Notes: generated by a model not told the origin, from the letters alone. A DNA stretch of 64,000 nucleotides from an uncultured Thermoleophilaceae bacterium (GCA_963752455.1 CAVVYE010000015.1:8029-72028); one strand, 5' to 3'. Positions 12,195-26,882 are shown, counted from the first letter of the stretch. Program-made: numbers and translations.

Positions 12195-12274
12195 CGCGGA
12201 AAAGCCTAGCGCGTCAGCGCGCAGGCGAGGAGCGCAGCCCGATCGTCGATCGGGCGAGCACCGCAGCCATGTCA

Positions 12275-13293
12275 TCACAGCTCGAGGACCACCTTGCCGA
12301 TGTTCTCGCGGGCGTGCAGGTAGCGGTGGGCGTCGGGGCCCTGCTCGAGCGGGAAGGCCCGCGCCACCACCGGCCGCAGCCGGCCGTCGTCGATCCAGGC
12401 CTGCAGCGGGCCGACGTACTCCTCCAGCGACTCCTTGGCGTCCCACAGCGTGAGCATGTTCAGCCCGATCACCGCCTTGGACTCGTTCATGAGCTTGAGC
12501 GGGCCGAAGCGCGGCATCTGCGCCAGCACACGCAGCGCCCGGAGCCGGCTGCGGCGCTCTCCGGCCTGCACCTCGGACGCGCCGAAGCACACGAGCCGCC
12601 CGCCGGCCCGCAGCAGCGAGTAGCTCTGCTTGAAGCTGCGCCCGCCCACCGCGTCCATGACCAGGTCGAGCGGGCGCTCCTCCCCCGTGATCCGGCGCAC
12701 CTCGTCCACCACGTCGTGCGTGCGGTAGTCCACCGGGTGGTCCACCCCGAAGCGCCGGATGGCGTCGTGCTTCGGCGGCGACGCCGCGCCGAACACCTCC
12801 GCCCCCACGATCTTCGCGATCTGCGTGGCCGAGATCCCCACCCCGCCCGCGGCGGAGTGGATCAGGACCCGCTCGCCGGCCCGCAGGCCGCCGTAGCGGA
12901 CCAGGGCGGCGTAGGCCGTGGAATAGGTCACGGGCAGGGCGGCGCCCTCCGCGAAGTTCCAGTGGTCGGGCAGGGGCACGATCTCGGTGGCGCCGGTCAC
13001 CACGAGCTCGGCGTAGCCCCCGAAGCGACATCCGCCCATCACGCGCTGCCCGACCTCCAGGCCCTCCACCCCATCGCCCAGCGACTCCACCTCCCCGGCG
13101 AACTCGTACCCCACCACGCACGGGGGCTTGGGGGCATCCGGGTAGAGGCCCACCCGCGCCATGAGGTCGGCGAAGTTGATCCCCGCGGCGCGGACCCTCA
13201 CCCTCACCTGTCCCGGCCCGGGCTCGGATCGGGGCGCTCCTCGATCTTCAGCACCTCCGGAGGGCCGTGCTCGGTGATCACGAGAGCGCGCAC
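12275..13293 (-). CDS. MDR-superfamily NADPH:quinone oxidoreductase / zinc-type alcohol dehydrogenase-like protein (one apparent frameshift near 13210-13230)
   Basis: VRALVITEHGPPEVLKIEERPDP (frame of 13204..13443) joins RVRVRAAGINFADLMARVGLYP...VVGYEFAGEV...VLIHSAAGGVGISATQIAK...ENIGKVVLEL (12275..13207). Confidence 0.8.
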
Positions 13294-13343
13294 CGGCGAA
13301 TCATCCCAGCGCGGCCCCGCCGGGCGTGCCCCGCGACGCGGAT

Positions 13344-14080
13344 CTAGCGCGCGGAGGCGGAGCGCGTCGGGCGCGACGGCTGCTTCGAGCCCGTGCCCGG
13401 CCGCTTGTAGCCGGAGGCCGTCTGCACGCTCGACGGGCGCCACCGGGCCCCACCGCGCACGGTGGGCACGCCCTCGGCATTGAGGGTGTCGGCGATCGCC
13501 TGAAGCGTCATCCCGCTCTTGCGCATCTCGGCGATGCGCTGCTGGAGCGCGGGCTGGTCCTTCACCGCGCCGCCGCCGCGCGTGGGGGACGACCCGCCGC
13601 CGTGCCCGACCTCGCCCGCTGCTTCGGCCTGCGCTTGCGCGGGGAGGCCGCGGGCGGCGGCGCTGCCCGCAGGGTCGCCGCCGGGGCGGACGTGGCCAGG
13701 GACCCCGGCTTCGGGCGCCGCGGACGGCGCCCGCATGATCCAGACGGCACCCCCGGCCAGCACCGACGCGCCGAGGCCGACCAGGATGAATCCGAGGAGC
13801 GGGGCACCGTCGTCGTCATCGTCGTCGGGCGTGGCGGCAACGGCCGTCCGAGCCGCCACCGGGCGCGTGGCGGCCGCGGCGGCCACCCGGCGCTCGGCCG
13901 ATCGCCGGACTTCAGCCGCGTCTTGCCCGCGTCCAGCGGGTACTGGCGCACGAGCTCGCGCGGCGGACGCACGCGCTCGCGGGCCAGGGCGGCGGCCGGC
14001 GCGGCGATGGCGAAAAGGCAGACCAGCGCCAGGGCCAGGAGCAGGCCGGAGGGGCGAGCCGGGCGGGACGATCCCTGCAC
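13344..14080 (-). CDS. bitopic membrane protein with C-terminal recombinase-type HTH (paralog of 22621..24259; one apparent frameshift near 13900-13960)
   Basis: Signal peptide (GTG start, shown as M) MQGSSRPARPSGLLLALALVCLFAIAAPAAALA; motif RELVRQYPLD; acidic run TPDDDDDDG; TM APLLGFILVGLGASVLAGGAVWIM; Ala/Gly/Pro-rich linker; HTH LQQRIAEMRKSGMTLQAIADTLNAEGVPTVRGGARWRPSSVQ. Confidence 0.55.
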
Positions 14081-14180
14081 GCATCCAGCCTGCCACAGGT
14101 CCGGCGGCGCGGGGCCAAAGTCTCCCCTTTTCCGGTCCTTCCCGAAGACACCGGACGTGCCCGCGGGGCGGCGGGTACCC

Positions 14181-16925
<2,745 letters not shown>

Positions 16926-17029
16926 CTAGGGCTGCCCAGGCGCGCGGCGGTTGCTGCTCCCGTCACTCCCCGGTGGTCTCTTCCACCTGAAACGCCAGTC
17001 GTGACGGGTGGGCCATGCTAGCGAAAGGG

Positions 17030-17578
17030 TCAGGCCGCGAGGGCGAGGGCCAGGCGGGCGGCCAGCGCCGCCGACCGGACCGCGGGCAGCAGCTGCACCG
17101 TCTGGTCGTCGTAACGGCGCTCGAAGTCGTCGCGGAATTCGTCGTCGGTGAGCGCGAGCACGAGCACCGCGATCCAGAAGATCGTGGCCACCACGGCCAG
17201 CACGAGCGACACGATCCCGATGATGAATCCGGCCTGGGCCAGGCCGCCGTGCTTCTGCGTCTCCCCCGAGGCCACCCGCCGGCTGCCCTTCCTCGAGAAG
17301 ACGATCCCGGCGATCGACAGGCCGACGGAGATGAGCGAGGAGAATCCCGCGGTGACGAGGAGGAGCGAGCCGCCCACCAGCGAGAGCACGAATCCGGTTA
17401 CGGCGGGCCCGTTGTCGGGCTGGGGCTGGGGCTGGGCCGGCGGCGCCCACTGTCCCGGCGGGGTGGCTCCCGCGGGCGGCTGATAGGCGGGCGGTGCCGG
17501 TCTCGGCGCGGGGCCGATCTCGGGCTCCGGCCCGGCGGGCTGCGGAGGGAGGAACTCCGGCGTCCGCCCCTCCTCCAC
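17030..17578 (-). CDS. DUF4190-like membrane protein with Pro-rich N-terminus
   Basis: Intact 182 aa. PPQPAGPEPEIGPAPRPAPPAYQPP region, then two TM pairs: GFVLSLVGGSLLLVTAGFSSLISVGLSIAGIVFSRKG...GLAQAGFIIGIVSLVLAVVATIFWIAVLVL. Confidence 0.7.
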   Translation of the reverse strand: MEEGRTPEFLPPQPAGPEPEIGPAPRPAPPAYQPPAGATPPGQWAPPAQPQPQPDNGPAVTGFVLSLVGGSLLLVTAGFSSLISVGLSIAGIVFSRKGSRRVASGETQKHGGLAQAGFIIGIVSLVLAVVATIFWIAVLVLALTDDEFRDDFERRYDDQTVQLLPAVRSAALAARLALALAA

Positions 17579-17579
17579 C

Positions 17580-18569
<990 letters not shown>

Positions 18570-18581
18570 CGCGGCGGGACT

Positions 18582-19865
18582 CTACAGCCGGGTGCGCAGA
18601 AGCTTTCCGGCGGCGTTGCGGGGCAGCTCGGCCACCACGGTCACGCGCTTCGGCACCTCGTGCGGAGCGAGGCGCCCGCGGCACCATTCGCGCAGCTCCT
18701 CGCCGGTGGCCGCTGCCCGCAGCACCACGAACGCGGCCACGGCCTCCCCCCAGTCCGGGTCCGGCTCGCCCACCACGCCCGCGTCGGCCACCGCGGGATG
18801 CGCGCTCAGCACCGCCTCCACCGCGGCCGGGACCACGTTCTCGCCGCCGGTCACGATCAGGTCCTTGATGCGGTCCTCCACGTAGAGGCGCCCGTCGGCG
18901 TCGAGGCGACCGCGGTCGCCGGTGTGGAGCCAGCCGTCGCCGCCCACGGCACCCGCGGCCACCATCGGGCCCCGGAAGAGGATCTCGCCGTTGTCGTCCA
19001 CGGCCAGCTCCACGCCCTCGAGCGCCCGGCCGGGGATGCCGGCCACCACCTGCGAGCACGTCTCGGTCATCCCGTAGACCGGCACGACCGGGATGCCGGC
19101 CTCGGCCGCCCAGTCGAGCAGCCCGGGCGCCACCGGCCCACCGCCGAGGGCCACGGCGCGCAGCCCCGGAGCGCCGCTCGAGGCCGGCGTCGCGCAGGCG
19201 GGCGAGCATCGTGGGCACCAGCGACACGAGCGTGACCTCACCGGACTCGAGCGTCGCCCGCACCCGCTCCACGTCGAAGCGCTCGTGCACCACCGCGGTG
19301 GTCTGGTTGATCACCGCGCGGACCAGCACCCCCAGGCCGCCCACGTGGTGGAGCGGCAGCGGGCAGAGCCAGCGGTCCCCGGGCTCCGCGCCCGAGGGCG
19401 TCGCGCGACGCCCGCGCGCTGGCCAGGTGGTTGCCGAAGGTGAGCTCCACCGCCTTGGGCACGCCGGTGGTGCCGGAGCTGCGGATGACGGTGAACACCT
19501 CGTCGTCCCCCACCTCGGTGCGCAACGCCACAGGCGCCTCGGGGCCGTCGGGAAGCGGCGTCGAGGACCGGACCCGAGACCTCGGTACGGCCGCGCGGGT
19601 CCAGCGGGCAGAGCACGGCGCCGAGGCGCGGCAGCGCGTGCAGCAGCACGCAGAAGTCGAGGCCGGGCGCGAGGGTGGTGGCCACGCGGTCGCCCTCCCC
19701 CACGCCCCGCGCGGCCAGCCTGCGGGCGCAGGCGGTGGCCTCCCGGTCCAGCTCGGCGTAGGTGAGCGCGCGTGCGCCGTCCACCACGGCCGGGTGGCCG
19801 GGTCGCGCACGCGCTGCGGAGGTCAGCCACTCGTCCAGCGCAACTATCGTACGGCCGATGGCCAC
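18582..19865 (-). CDS. menE: o-succinylbenzoate-CoA ligase (AMP-dependent synthetase; three apparent frameshifts near 19590, 19400, 19190; start uncertain)
   Basis: Fragments: [32 protein letters not shown]..., [50 protein letters not shown]..., [32 protein letters not shown]...[33 protein letters not shown]...[10 protein letters not shown]. Divergent from menB. GTG 19865 is the nearest in-frame start. Confidence 0.75.
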
Positions 19866-20739
19866 GGGGGACTGGACCGAGGAGCAGGCAGGGCGGACCA
19901 TCCGCCCCGCGGCGCCGTGGCAGGCGGCCGGCGAGTACGAGGACATCCGCTACGAGACCGCGGACGGCATCGCCAAGATCACGATCGACCGGCCCGAGGT
20001 GCGCAACGCCTTCCGCCCCCAGACGGTGGTGGAGCTGTCGCAGGCCTTCGAGCGGGCGCGCGAGGACACCGGCGTCGGCGTGATCGTGCTCACCGGCGAG
20101 GGGCCGCTCGCCTTCTGCTCCGGCGGCGACCAGCGCGTGCGCGGAGACTCGGGCTACCTGGCCGAGGACGAGGCCGGGAGAAGCGGCGTGGGTCGCTTCC
20201 ACGTGACCGACCTGCACCTCCAGATGCGGCGCCTGCCGAAGCCGATCGTGGCCATGGTGGCCGGGTACGCGATCGGCGGCGGCCACGTGCTGCACGTGCT
20301 CTGCGACCTCACGATCGCGGCCGACAACGGCCGCTTCGGCCAGACGGGGCCGAAGGTGGGCAGCTTCGACGGCGGCTTCGGCGCCGCCGCCCTCGCCGCC
20401 CAGGTGGGCGCGAAGAAGGCCAAGGAGATCTGGTTCCTCTGCCGGCAGTACTCGGCGGAGGAGGCGCTGGAGATGGGCCTGGTGAACACCGTCGTGGCGC
20501 TCGAGGAGCTCGAGGAGGAGACGGTGCGCTGGTGCCGCGAGATGCTGGCGCTCTCCCCCTTCGCGCTTCGCCTGCTGAAGGCGAGCTTCAACGCGGCCGA
20601 GGACGGGCTGGCCGGCATTCAGCAGCTGGCCCACGACGCCAACCTCCTCTTCTACATGAGCGAGGAGGCGCAGGAGGGCAGGAACGCATACCGGGAGAAG
20701 CGCTCTCCCGACTTCGCTCAGTTCCCGCGCCGGCCTTGA
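19858..20739 (+). CDS. menB: 1,4-dihydroxy-2-naphthoyl-CoA synthase
   Basis: [10 protein letters not shown]...[34 protein letters not shown]...[16 protein letters not shown]...[23 protein letters not shown]...[14 protein letters not shown]. Intact from ATG 19858. Confidence 0.93.
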   Translation: MATGDWTEEQAGRTIRPAAPWQAAGEYEDIRYETADGIAKITIDRPEVRNAFRPQTVVELSQAFERAREDTGVGVIVLTGEGPLAFCSGGDQRVRGDSGYLAEDEAGRSGVGRFHVTDLHLQMRRLPKPIVAMVAGYAIGGGHVLHVLCDLTIAADNGRFGQTGPKVGSFDGGFGAAALAAQVGAKKAKEIWFLCRQYSAEEALEMGLVNTVVALEELEEETVRWCREMLALSPFALRLLKASFNAAEDGLAGIQQLAHDANLLFYMSEEAQEGRNAYREKRSPDFAQFPRRP

Positions 20740-21617
20740 GCCCGCTGCGTCTCTGGTTCCTGGCCGCCCGGCCGCGCACCCTTCCCGCGGCCATCGCCCC
20801 GGTGCTGGTGGGCACCTCGCTGGCCATCTCCGAGGACACCTTCCGGCCGCTCGCCTTCGCGGCCGCGCTGGTGGGCAGCGTGTTCATCCAGATCGGCACC
20901 AACCTCTCGAACGACTACTCCGACGCCCGCCGGGGCGCGGACACCGAGGATCGGCTCGGGCCCGTGCGGGTCACCGCCGGCGGGCTGCTGCCGCCGCGGC
21001 GGGTGCTGGTGGGCACCTATCTGGCCTTCGGCGTGGCCGTGGCCGCGGGCGCCTACCTGGCCGCCGTGGCGGGATGGGAGCTGCTGGTGGTGGGCGTCGC
21101 CTCGATCGTGGCCGGGGTGCTCTACACGGGCGGCCCGCGGCCGTACGGCTACGAGGGCCTGGGCGAGCTGTTCGTGTTCCTGTTCTTCGGCGTGGTGGCC
21201 GTGACCGGCTCGTACTACGTCCAGACCGAGGACCTCACCTGGGAGGCCTTCGCCCTCTCGGTGCCGGTGGGGCTCCTGGCCGCCGCGATCCTGGTGGTGA
21301 ACAACGTGCGCGACGCGGACACCGATCGCCGGGCGGGCAAACGCACGCTGGCGGTGAAGCTCGGGCGCGAGCGCGCACGGGTGCTCTTCGTGGCGATGCT
21401 GGTGGTGGCCTTCGCCGTGCCCCTGGCCGTGGCCGCCGCGGGCGGCCTGTCCTGGTGGCTCGTCCTCACGATGCTGGCCTGGCCCCTGGCTCCGCCGCTG
21501 ATCCGCACCGTGCGAACGCGCACCGACGGACCCGCCCTCAACGGTGCTCTCGCCGCCACCGGCCGGCTCCTCGCGGTGTTCTCGCTGCTTCTCGCCGCCG
21601 GGGTCCTGCTCTCGTGA
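20736..21617 (+). CDS. menA: 1,4-dihydroxy-2-naphthoate polyprenyltransferase
   Basis: The TTG start overlaps the menB stop (TTGA). UbiA-family membrane protein: [25 protein letters not shown]...[15 protein letters not shown]...[21 protein letters not shown]. Confidence 0.88.
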   Translation: MSPLRLWFLAARPRTLPAAIAPVLVGTSLAISEDTFRPLAFAAALVGSVFIQIGTNLSNDYSDARRGADTEDRLGPVRVTAGGLLPPRRVLVGTYLAFGVAVAAGAYLAAVAGWELLVVGVASIVAGVLYTGGPRPYGYEGLGELFVFLFFGVVAVTGSYYVQTEDLTWEAFALSVPVGLLAAAILVVNNVRDADTDRRAGKRTLAVKLGRERARVLFVAMLVVAFAVPLAVAAAGGLSWWLVLTMLAWPLAPPLIRTVRTRTDGPALNGALAATGRLLAVFSLLLAAGVLLS

Positions 21618-22616
21618 AGCGGACGCTGCTGCGCCTCTCGATCCCGCTGCGCCGGCCGTTCGTGACCTCGAACGCCGTGGTGTCCGCTCGAGAGATGGTG
21701 CTGCTCCGGCTGGAGGACACCGACGGCACGCGCGGTTACGGGGAGGCGGCTCCCTTCGAGCCCTACGACGGCGTGCCCGTCGAGCGCGCGGTGGAGGCCC
21801 TGTCGGGAGGAGCCGGGCTGCGGCCGGCCCCGGCCCGGGCCGCGGAGGAGATCGCCCGGCTGGACCTCGCCGGCCGCCAGGAGGTCCGGCCCCTGGCCGA
21901 GCTCCGCCGCGACTCGCTGCCCGTGAACATGACCCTTCCCGCGGGGCCGCCCGACGAGGTGGCCGCCCGCGCACGCGAGGGCCTGGCCGACGGCTACGCC
22001 TGCTTCAAGGTCAAGGTCGGGCTGCCCGACGACGCCGAGCGGGTGGCCGCCGCCCGCGGGGCCGTGGGTCCGTGGCCCGCGCTGCGGGTGGACGCCAACC
22101 GGGCCTGGTCCGTGGACGAGGCGGTGCAGGCGATCCGCGCGCTCGAGCAGCACGACCTCGAGTTCGTGGAGCAGCCGTGCGCCACGCTCGAGGAGCTGGC
22201 CGAGGTGCGGGAGCGGGTGTCCACCCCGATCGCCGCCGACGAGAGCATCACCACGATCGAGGACGTGCGCCGGGCGATCGAGCTCGGCGCCTGCGACGTC
22301 GTGAACCTGAAGCTCGCCGGGTGCGGCGGATTCGGCCCGGCGCGCGACGCGCTCCGCGAAGCTCGCGCAGAACGGCCTGGAGGTCTTCCTGTCCAGCACG
22401 CTCGACGGTCCCTGGGGAATCGCCGCCGCGCTGCAGCTGGCGGCGGCCGAGGACGTGACCATGGCCTGCGGCCTGGCCACGCTGGACCTCTTCGACGCGC
22501 GCATTGCCGGAGTGCTGCCCAAGCCGCGGGGCGGGCTCCAGGTGGTGCCCCAGGGCCCGGGTCTCGGAGTGCCCGAGGACCTCGAGGCGCTCGACGAGGT
22601 GCTGGTCGCGGACTAG
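21614..22616 (+). CDS. menC: o-succinylbenzoate synthase (enolase superfamily; one apparent frameshift near 22365)
   Basis: The GTG start overlaps the menA stop (GTGA). ...GYGEAAPFEPYDG..., ACFKVKVG, LRVDANRAW, LEFVEQP, IAADES, VNLKLAGCGG. After the shift it reads NGLEVFLSSTLDGPWGIAAALQLAAA...VLVAD, with a stop at 22614..22616. Confidence 0.8.
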
Positions 22617-22620
22617 GGCG

Positions 22621-24259
22621 CTAGCGCGGCGTGGGAAGCGGCGCATCCGGCGCGCCGCGTAGAGCACGTTCAGCGGGGTCCAGCTCGTGGACCGCAGGGG
22701 CGGTGGCTCGCCCTCTCTGTTCAGGCGCTCCGCCATGTCGCGTGGGCTGAGGCCCTCGGCGCGCATGCGCGCGATCCGCAGCCCGACCGGCACATTGGGT
22801 GCGGCGCTGCGCGACGCGGGTGAGACGACGGCCGGCGCCGTGCGCGGCCCTGCCGGGGTGGGCCGGGCCTGGGCGGCCGGGCGTTCGGCCGTCTGAGTGC
22901 TGCCCTGTGCCCTGGGCGGGGCGGGGCGCGGTCTCCTGGGGCCTGGCATCCGGGGGCCTGGTCGCCGGAGCCGGACGCGGGGCAGGCGGAGGGTTCAGCG
23001 GCTTCAGGCGGGGAGCTCGGCCTGGAGGTGCGGGGCGAACGGCCGGTGTTGCGGGCGCGGGCGGGGCCGGCGCCGCGCGTGGGCCGGGAGGATTCCGCGG
23101 GCCGCGGCCTCGTCGCGGCGGAGCGGGCGCGCGCCAGGGCCTGCGCCACGGGAGACGGGGCCCGCGTGGCGGGCTTGGAAGCCACGGGTGGCTCCTTGGG
23201 TACCGGGGTGTCCTTCGCGGGCTCCTTGGCCACGCGCTCCTTGGCTACGGGAGCCGGGGTTGGGGGCGCGGCCGGCTTCGGCGTGTGCCCGTTGCCCGTG
23301 TGGGCGGGCGGCGGGGCCTTCACCTTCGGCGGCGGGGCCGGGGCCTTGGCCACCGGCGCCGGACCGTTCGTCGCCTGGACGGGCGCCTTTGCTGCGGGTG
23401 CCGGAGAGACCACCGTGGGAGCGGGCTGGCTTCGGCCGGGGGTGAATCGGCCGCCTTCGCGACGGGCACGACCGTGGCCGGCTCCGGGTGTGAGGGCTTC
23501 GGGCGTTGTGCGGGCCGGGAGGCCTTCGCCGCCGCGGCGGCGCGCTCGAGCACGGATGGAGGGGGAACCCGCAGCGGCTCCTCCTGCCGCGGCTCGATGC
23601 TCACCGGCGCGCGCTGGCGCTTGGGCGGAGGTCCGCTCCAGGTGGACGAGCGCTGCGTCTCCGCAGGCTTCGCCGAGGCGGCCGGGCCGGCGCTTCGGGG
23701 CCGTCGCAGTCGTCTCGCGAGTCGCGGCAGAAGCACCGCCAGTCCGGCGACCAGCGCGAGGATGAGGACGGCGATCTCCGCCACCATGGCCACGTCAGTG
23801 CCGTCCGAGGAGTCCGAGGAATCCGAGGCGGTGGAGGGCGCGGAGTTCTCCTCGCGTCGCCGGGTCCACCTTCAGGCCCGGCGTGGTGGAGGCTCCGGAT
23901 TGCGACTGCGGGGTGGTGGATTCGCCGGACGCGGCCTTGGAGCCGGGCGCCACGGGCTGCCCCCGCACCGGATCCCGCGCCGCCGCGGCAGCCTCGGGCG
24001 ACGGAGGCCCGTTCAGCGGCGGACGGGCCACGGTGGGATCGAGGGCGACCGGGCGCACCTGCGCCGCGCCGGCCGGCCGTTGGCCGGCGGTGGGGCCGGA
24101 ATCCGGGTTGAGCGGGTATTGGCGCCAGAGCTTTTCGAGCTTAGGTGAGTCGCTGCTCGGCGGCGCCGCGGCCACGGCCGCGCTCGCCGCGAAGGCGCCT
24201 GACATGACCACCGCGAGGGCGGTCGCGCAAAGTGAGCCTGACTTGATCATGGATCCCAT
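22621..24259 (-). CDS. bitopic membrane protein: signal peptide, QYPL motif, TM, long Pro/Ala/Lys-rich linker, C-terminal recombinase-type HTH (reconstructed across 3-4 apparent frameshifts)
   Basis: Joined from ORF 23795..24730 (MGSMIKSGSLCATALAVVMSGAFAASAAVA...KLWRQYPLNP...), 23320..23793 (its reading frame stays open upstream of the listed start, reading ...SDSSDSSDGTDVAMVAEIAVLILALVAGLAVLLPRLARRLRRP), 22721..23413 (PAPAAKAPV...PKVKAPPPA...) and 22248..22949 (VPVGLRIARMRAEGLSPRDMAERLNREGEPPPLRSTSWTPLNVLYAARR). The 3' end is uncertain: TAG 22623..22621 is one frame off. Confidence 0.5.
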
Positions 24260-24393
24260 CCGGGACCCGCGGCGGCGGTCCGCGGAGTGAAGATGATGCG
24301 CATTTGATGCTCCAGGAGGCACGCATCCAGCGTGCCCTCCCGGTGTCCGTACCTTACGTAACGCACGCCGGTGGCCGCAAGACTGGACTTCGG

Positions 24394-25087
24394 TCAGTCG
24401 GAGAGAAAGGTCGACACGCGCTCGGCGAACGCCTCGGGCTGCTGCAGGTGGGCCGCGTGCCCGGCTCCCTCGAGCAGGGCGGACCGCCCGTCCGGCGCGA
24501 CCCCGGCCATGCGCTCCGCCACCCGGGCGTATGCCTCGTCGCGGGCCCCGGCCATGGCCAGCAGCGGCGGGCGCAGCGTCTCCAGCTCGTGCCACACGGG
24601 GGGAAGCGCGCCCTGTCCGGCGGTCCGGAGCAGGAGGGCAAGCGAGCGCGGGTCCTGCGCGAGCCGGCCCGGCCGCTGGTCCTCCACGAGCGCGTCCGTC
24701 TGGTCCGCGAACAGCGGCTGGCGCTCCCACACGCTCACGATGTCCTCGATCCGGCTCGTCTCCATCCAGCCCGCGAGCCGGTCGTCTGCGGCGGCGCGAG
24801 CGCTCCGCGCCTCCGGCTCCTCAATTCCCGCCGAGGCGCCCACGGTGATCACCGCGGCGTATCGCTCCGGCGCCCGGAGGGCCGATCGCAGCGCCAAGCG
24901 GCCGCCCAGCGAATAGCCGCAGAGCACCGCGCCCTCGCCGGCAGCGGCAATCTCCTCCAGGCGCCCCTCGTAGGTGTGATCCTCGTGCTCGAGGGAGATC
25001 ACGTCGTGCTCCGCGCTCAGCAGGCCGGCCACCGGCGCCCACGCGCCGGCGCCCTGCATGAAGCCCGGGTATGAGCAGGATCCTCAC
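24394..25087 (-). CDS. menH: 2-succinyl-6-hydroxy-2,4-cyclohexadiene-1-carboxylate synthase-like alpha/beta hydrolase (one apparent frameshift near 25057)
   Basis: VRILLIPGF joins MQGAGAWAPVAGLL...LCGYSLGGRLAL (GxSxG elbow)...AMAGARDE...LEGAGHAAHLQQPEAF. Divergent from menD. Confidence 0.75.
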
Positions 25088-25141
25088 CGTGGCGACCAAT
25101 CATGCCGGGAGGCGTCGGCGGGTGGAGTACCGTGCGCCGCC

Positions 25142-26882
25142 GTGTCGCCCCTGAACCGGACCTTCGCGCCGCTCGAAGCCTTCGTGGAGGAGCTGGCCCG
25201 CTGCGGCGTCCGCCACGCCGTGACCTGCCCGGGCTCGCGCAACGCGCCGATCATCCTGGCGCTGGCCGCCCGTGGAGACATCGAGAGCGTCTCCGTGATC
25301 GACGAGCGGTCGGCGGGGTTCGTGGCCCTCGGGATGGCGCGCGCCTCGGGCCGGCCCGTGGCCGTGACCTGCACCTCGGGCACGGCCGCGGCCAACCTTC
25401 ATCCGGCGGTGGCCGAGGCGCGTGAGTCCTCCACCCCCCTGATCGTGCTCACCGCGGATCGCCCGCCCGAGCTGCGCGACGTGGGCGCGGGCCAGTCGAT
25501 CGATCAGCTGGGCCTGTTCGGCACGGCGGCCAAGTGGTTCGTGGAGGTGGGCACGCACGATCCGACGAGGGCCACCGCGGTGCACCACCGCGCCCTGGCG
25601 TGCCGCGCCGTGGACACGGCGGCCGGGGGCCGGCCCGGGCCGGTGCACCTCAACTTCCCGCTGCGCGCGCCGCTGGCGCCCGAGCCCGGGGACCTGGATC
25701 CCGCGGTGTGGGCGGGCCGCTCGGACGGGCGGGCCTGGACCGAGGTGCACCGTTCCGCCCCCACGCTCGACCCTGAGATCGTGGCCCGGGTGGCGGAGCG
25801 GCTGGGACCCGAGTCCCACGGCGTGATCGTGTGCGGCGAGGCCCCGGACCCGTACGCCGGGGCCGCCGCCGCCCTGGCGTCCGCGCTGGGCTGGCCCCTC
25901 CTGGCCGACCCGCCGTCCGGGGTGCGCTGCGGCCCCCACGACCGCGCGAACGTGGTGGCCCACTACGACCTGCTCCTGCGTGCCGAGGACTTCGTCCGCG
26001 CGCACGAGCCGGGAATCGTGCTGCGGGTGGGCGAGCTGCCCGTGTCCCAGTCGCTTCGGGCGTGGATCGCCGACGCTTCCCCAGGTCGTGGTGGACCCGT
26101 ACGCCACCTGGCACGACCCCGCCCGGGCCGCCGAGGCGATGCTCGCCGCCGACCCCGCGAGAACCCTGGAGGCGCTGACGGGCCAGCCCGCCGTTCGCGA
26201 CTGCGTGGCCGACCCCGAGTGGATCGCGTCATGGCGCCGCGCCGACTCCCTCGTGCCGGGGGTCCTGGCCTCCTCCGGGGAGGGCTTCGAGGGCGCGGTG
26301 GCCGCGGCCCTGGCGCCCGCCCTGCCCGAGGACGCCCTGGTGTGGCTCAGCTACTCCATGCCCGTGCGCGACGTGGAGGCGTTCTTCCCCGCGGGCGAAC
26401 GGCCGGTGCGCTTTCTCTCGGGGCGGGGCGCGAACGGCATCGACGGGGTGGTGTCCTCGGCCGCCGGCGCCGTGCTGGCCACCGGCCGCCCCGGATACGT
26501 GGTGATCGGCGACGTGGCGCTGCTCCACGACGCGGGCGGCCTGCTCACCGCGCGCCGGGCGGGCGTGGAGCTCACCATCGTGTGCCTGAACAACGACGGC
26601 GGCGGGATCTTCGACTTCCTGCCCGTGGCCGAGCATGCCGAACGGGAGGCGTACGAGCGCCACATCGCCACTTCGCACGGCCTGGACATGTCCGCGCTGG
26701 CGGCACTGGGCGGCCTCGACCACCGGGTGGTGGCGGTCGGGGAGCTGGATGACGCGCTCTCCGCACCGGGCCTGATCGAGGTGCGCACCGACCGGCAGAA
26801 GAACGTGGAGCTGCACCGCGACGCGGTGGCCGCGCTGGCCGCGGCCCTCAGGTCAGAAGCGGGAGCAGCGCCTGGAGCTTGA
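25142..26882 (+). CDS. menD: 2-succinyl-5-enolpyruvyl-6-hydroxy-3-cyclohexene-1-carboxylate (SEPHCHC) synthase (one apparent frameshift near 26080)
   Basis: GTG 25142. FVEELARCGVRHAVTCPGSRNAPI...VIDERSAGFVALGMA...TSGTAAANLHPAVAEA...LIVLTADRPPELRDVGAGQSIDQ. ThDP motif GDVALLHDAGGL...IVCLNNDGGGIFDFLP in ORF 25980..26882. The 3' end overlaps the menF 3' end convergently by 35 nt. Confidence 0.88.

Noticed and set aside
22248-22620. Continuation of the HTH ORF 22248..22949 for another 120 codons antisense to menC.
   Set aside because: The extension is a low-complexity Arg/Gly-rich shadow of menC. A TAG at 22621..22623 lies one frame off, right after the conserved HTH, which is consistent with a terminal indel.
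24351-24380. Possible promoter (TTGCGG, 18-nt spacer, TAAGGT on the minus strand) and the TTACGTAA palindrome upstream of the TM-HTH gene.
   Set aside because: The hexamer matches are weak and the spacer is long. An 8-nt AT palindrome alone is not significant. I record it only as a place to look if 5' ends are mapped.
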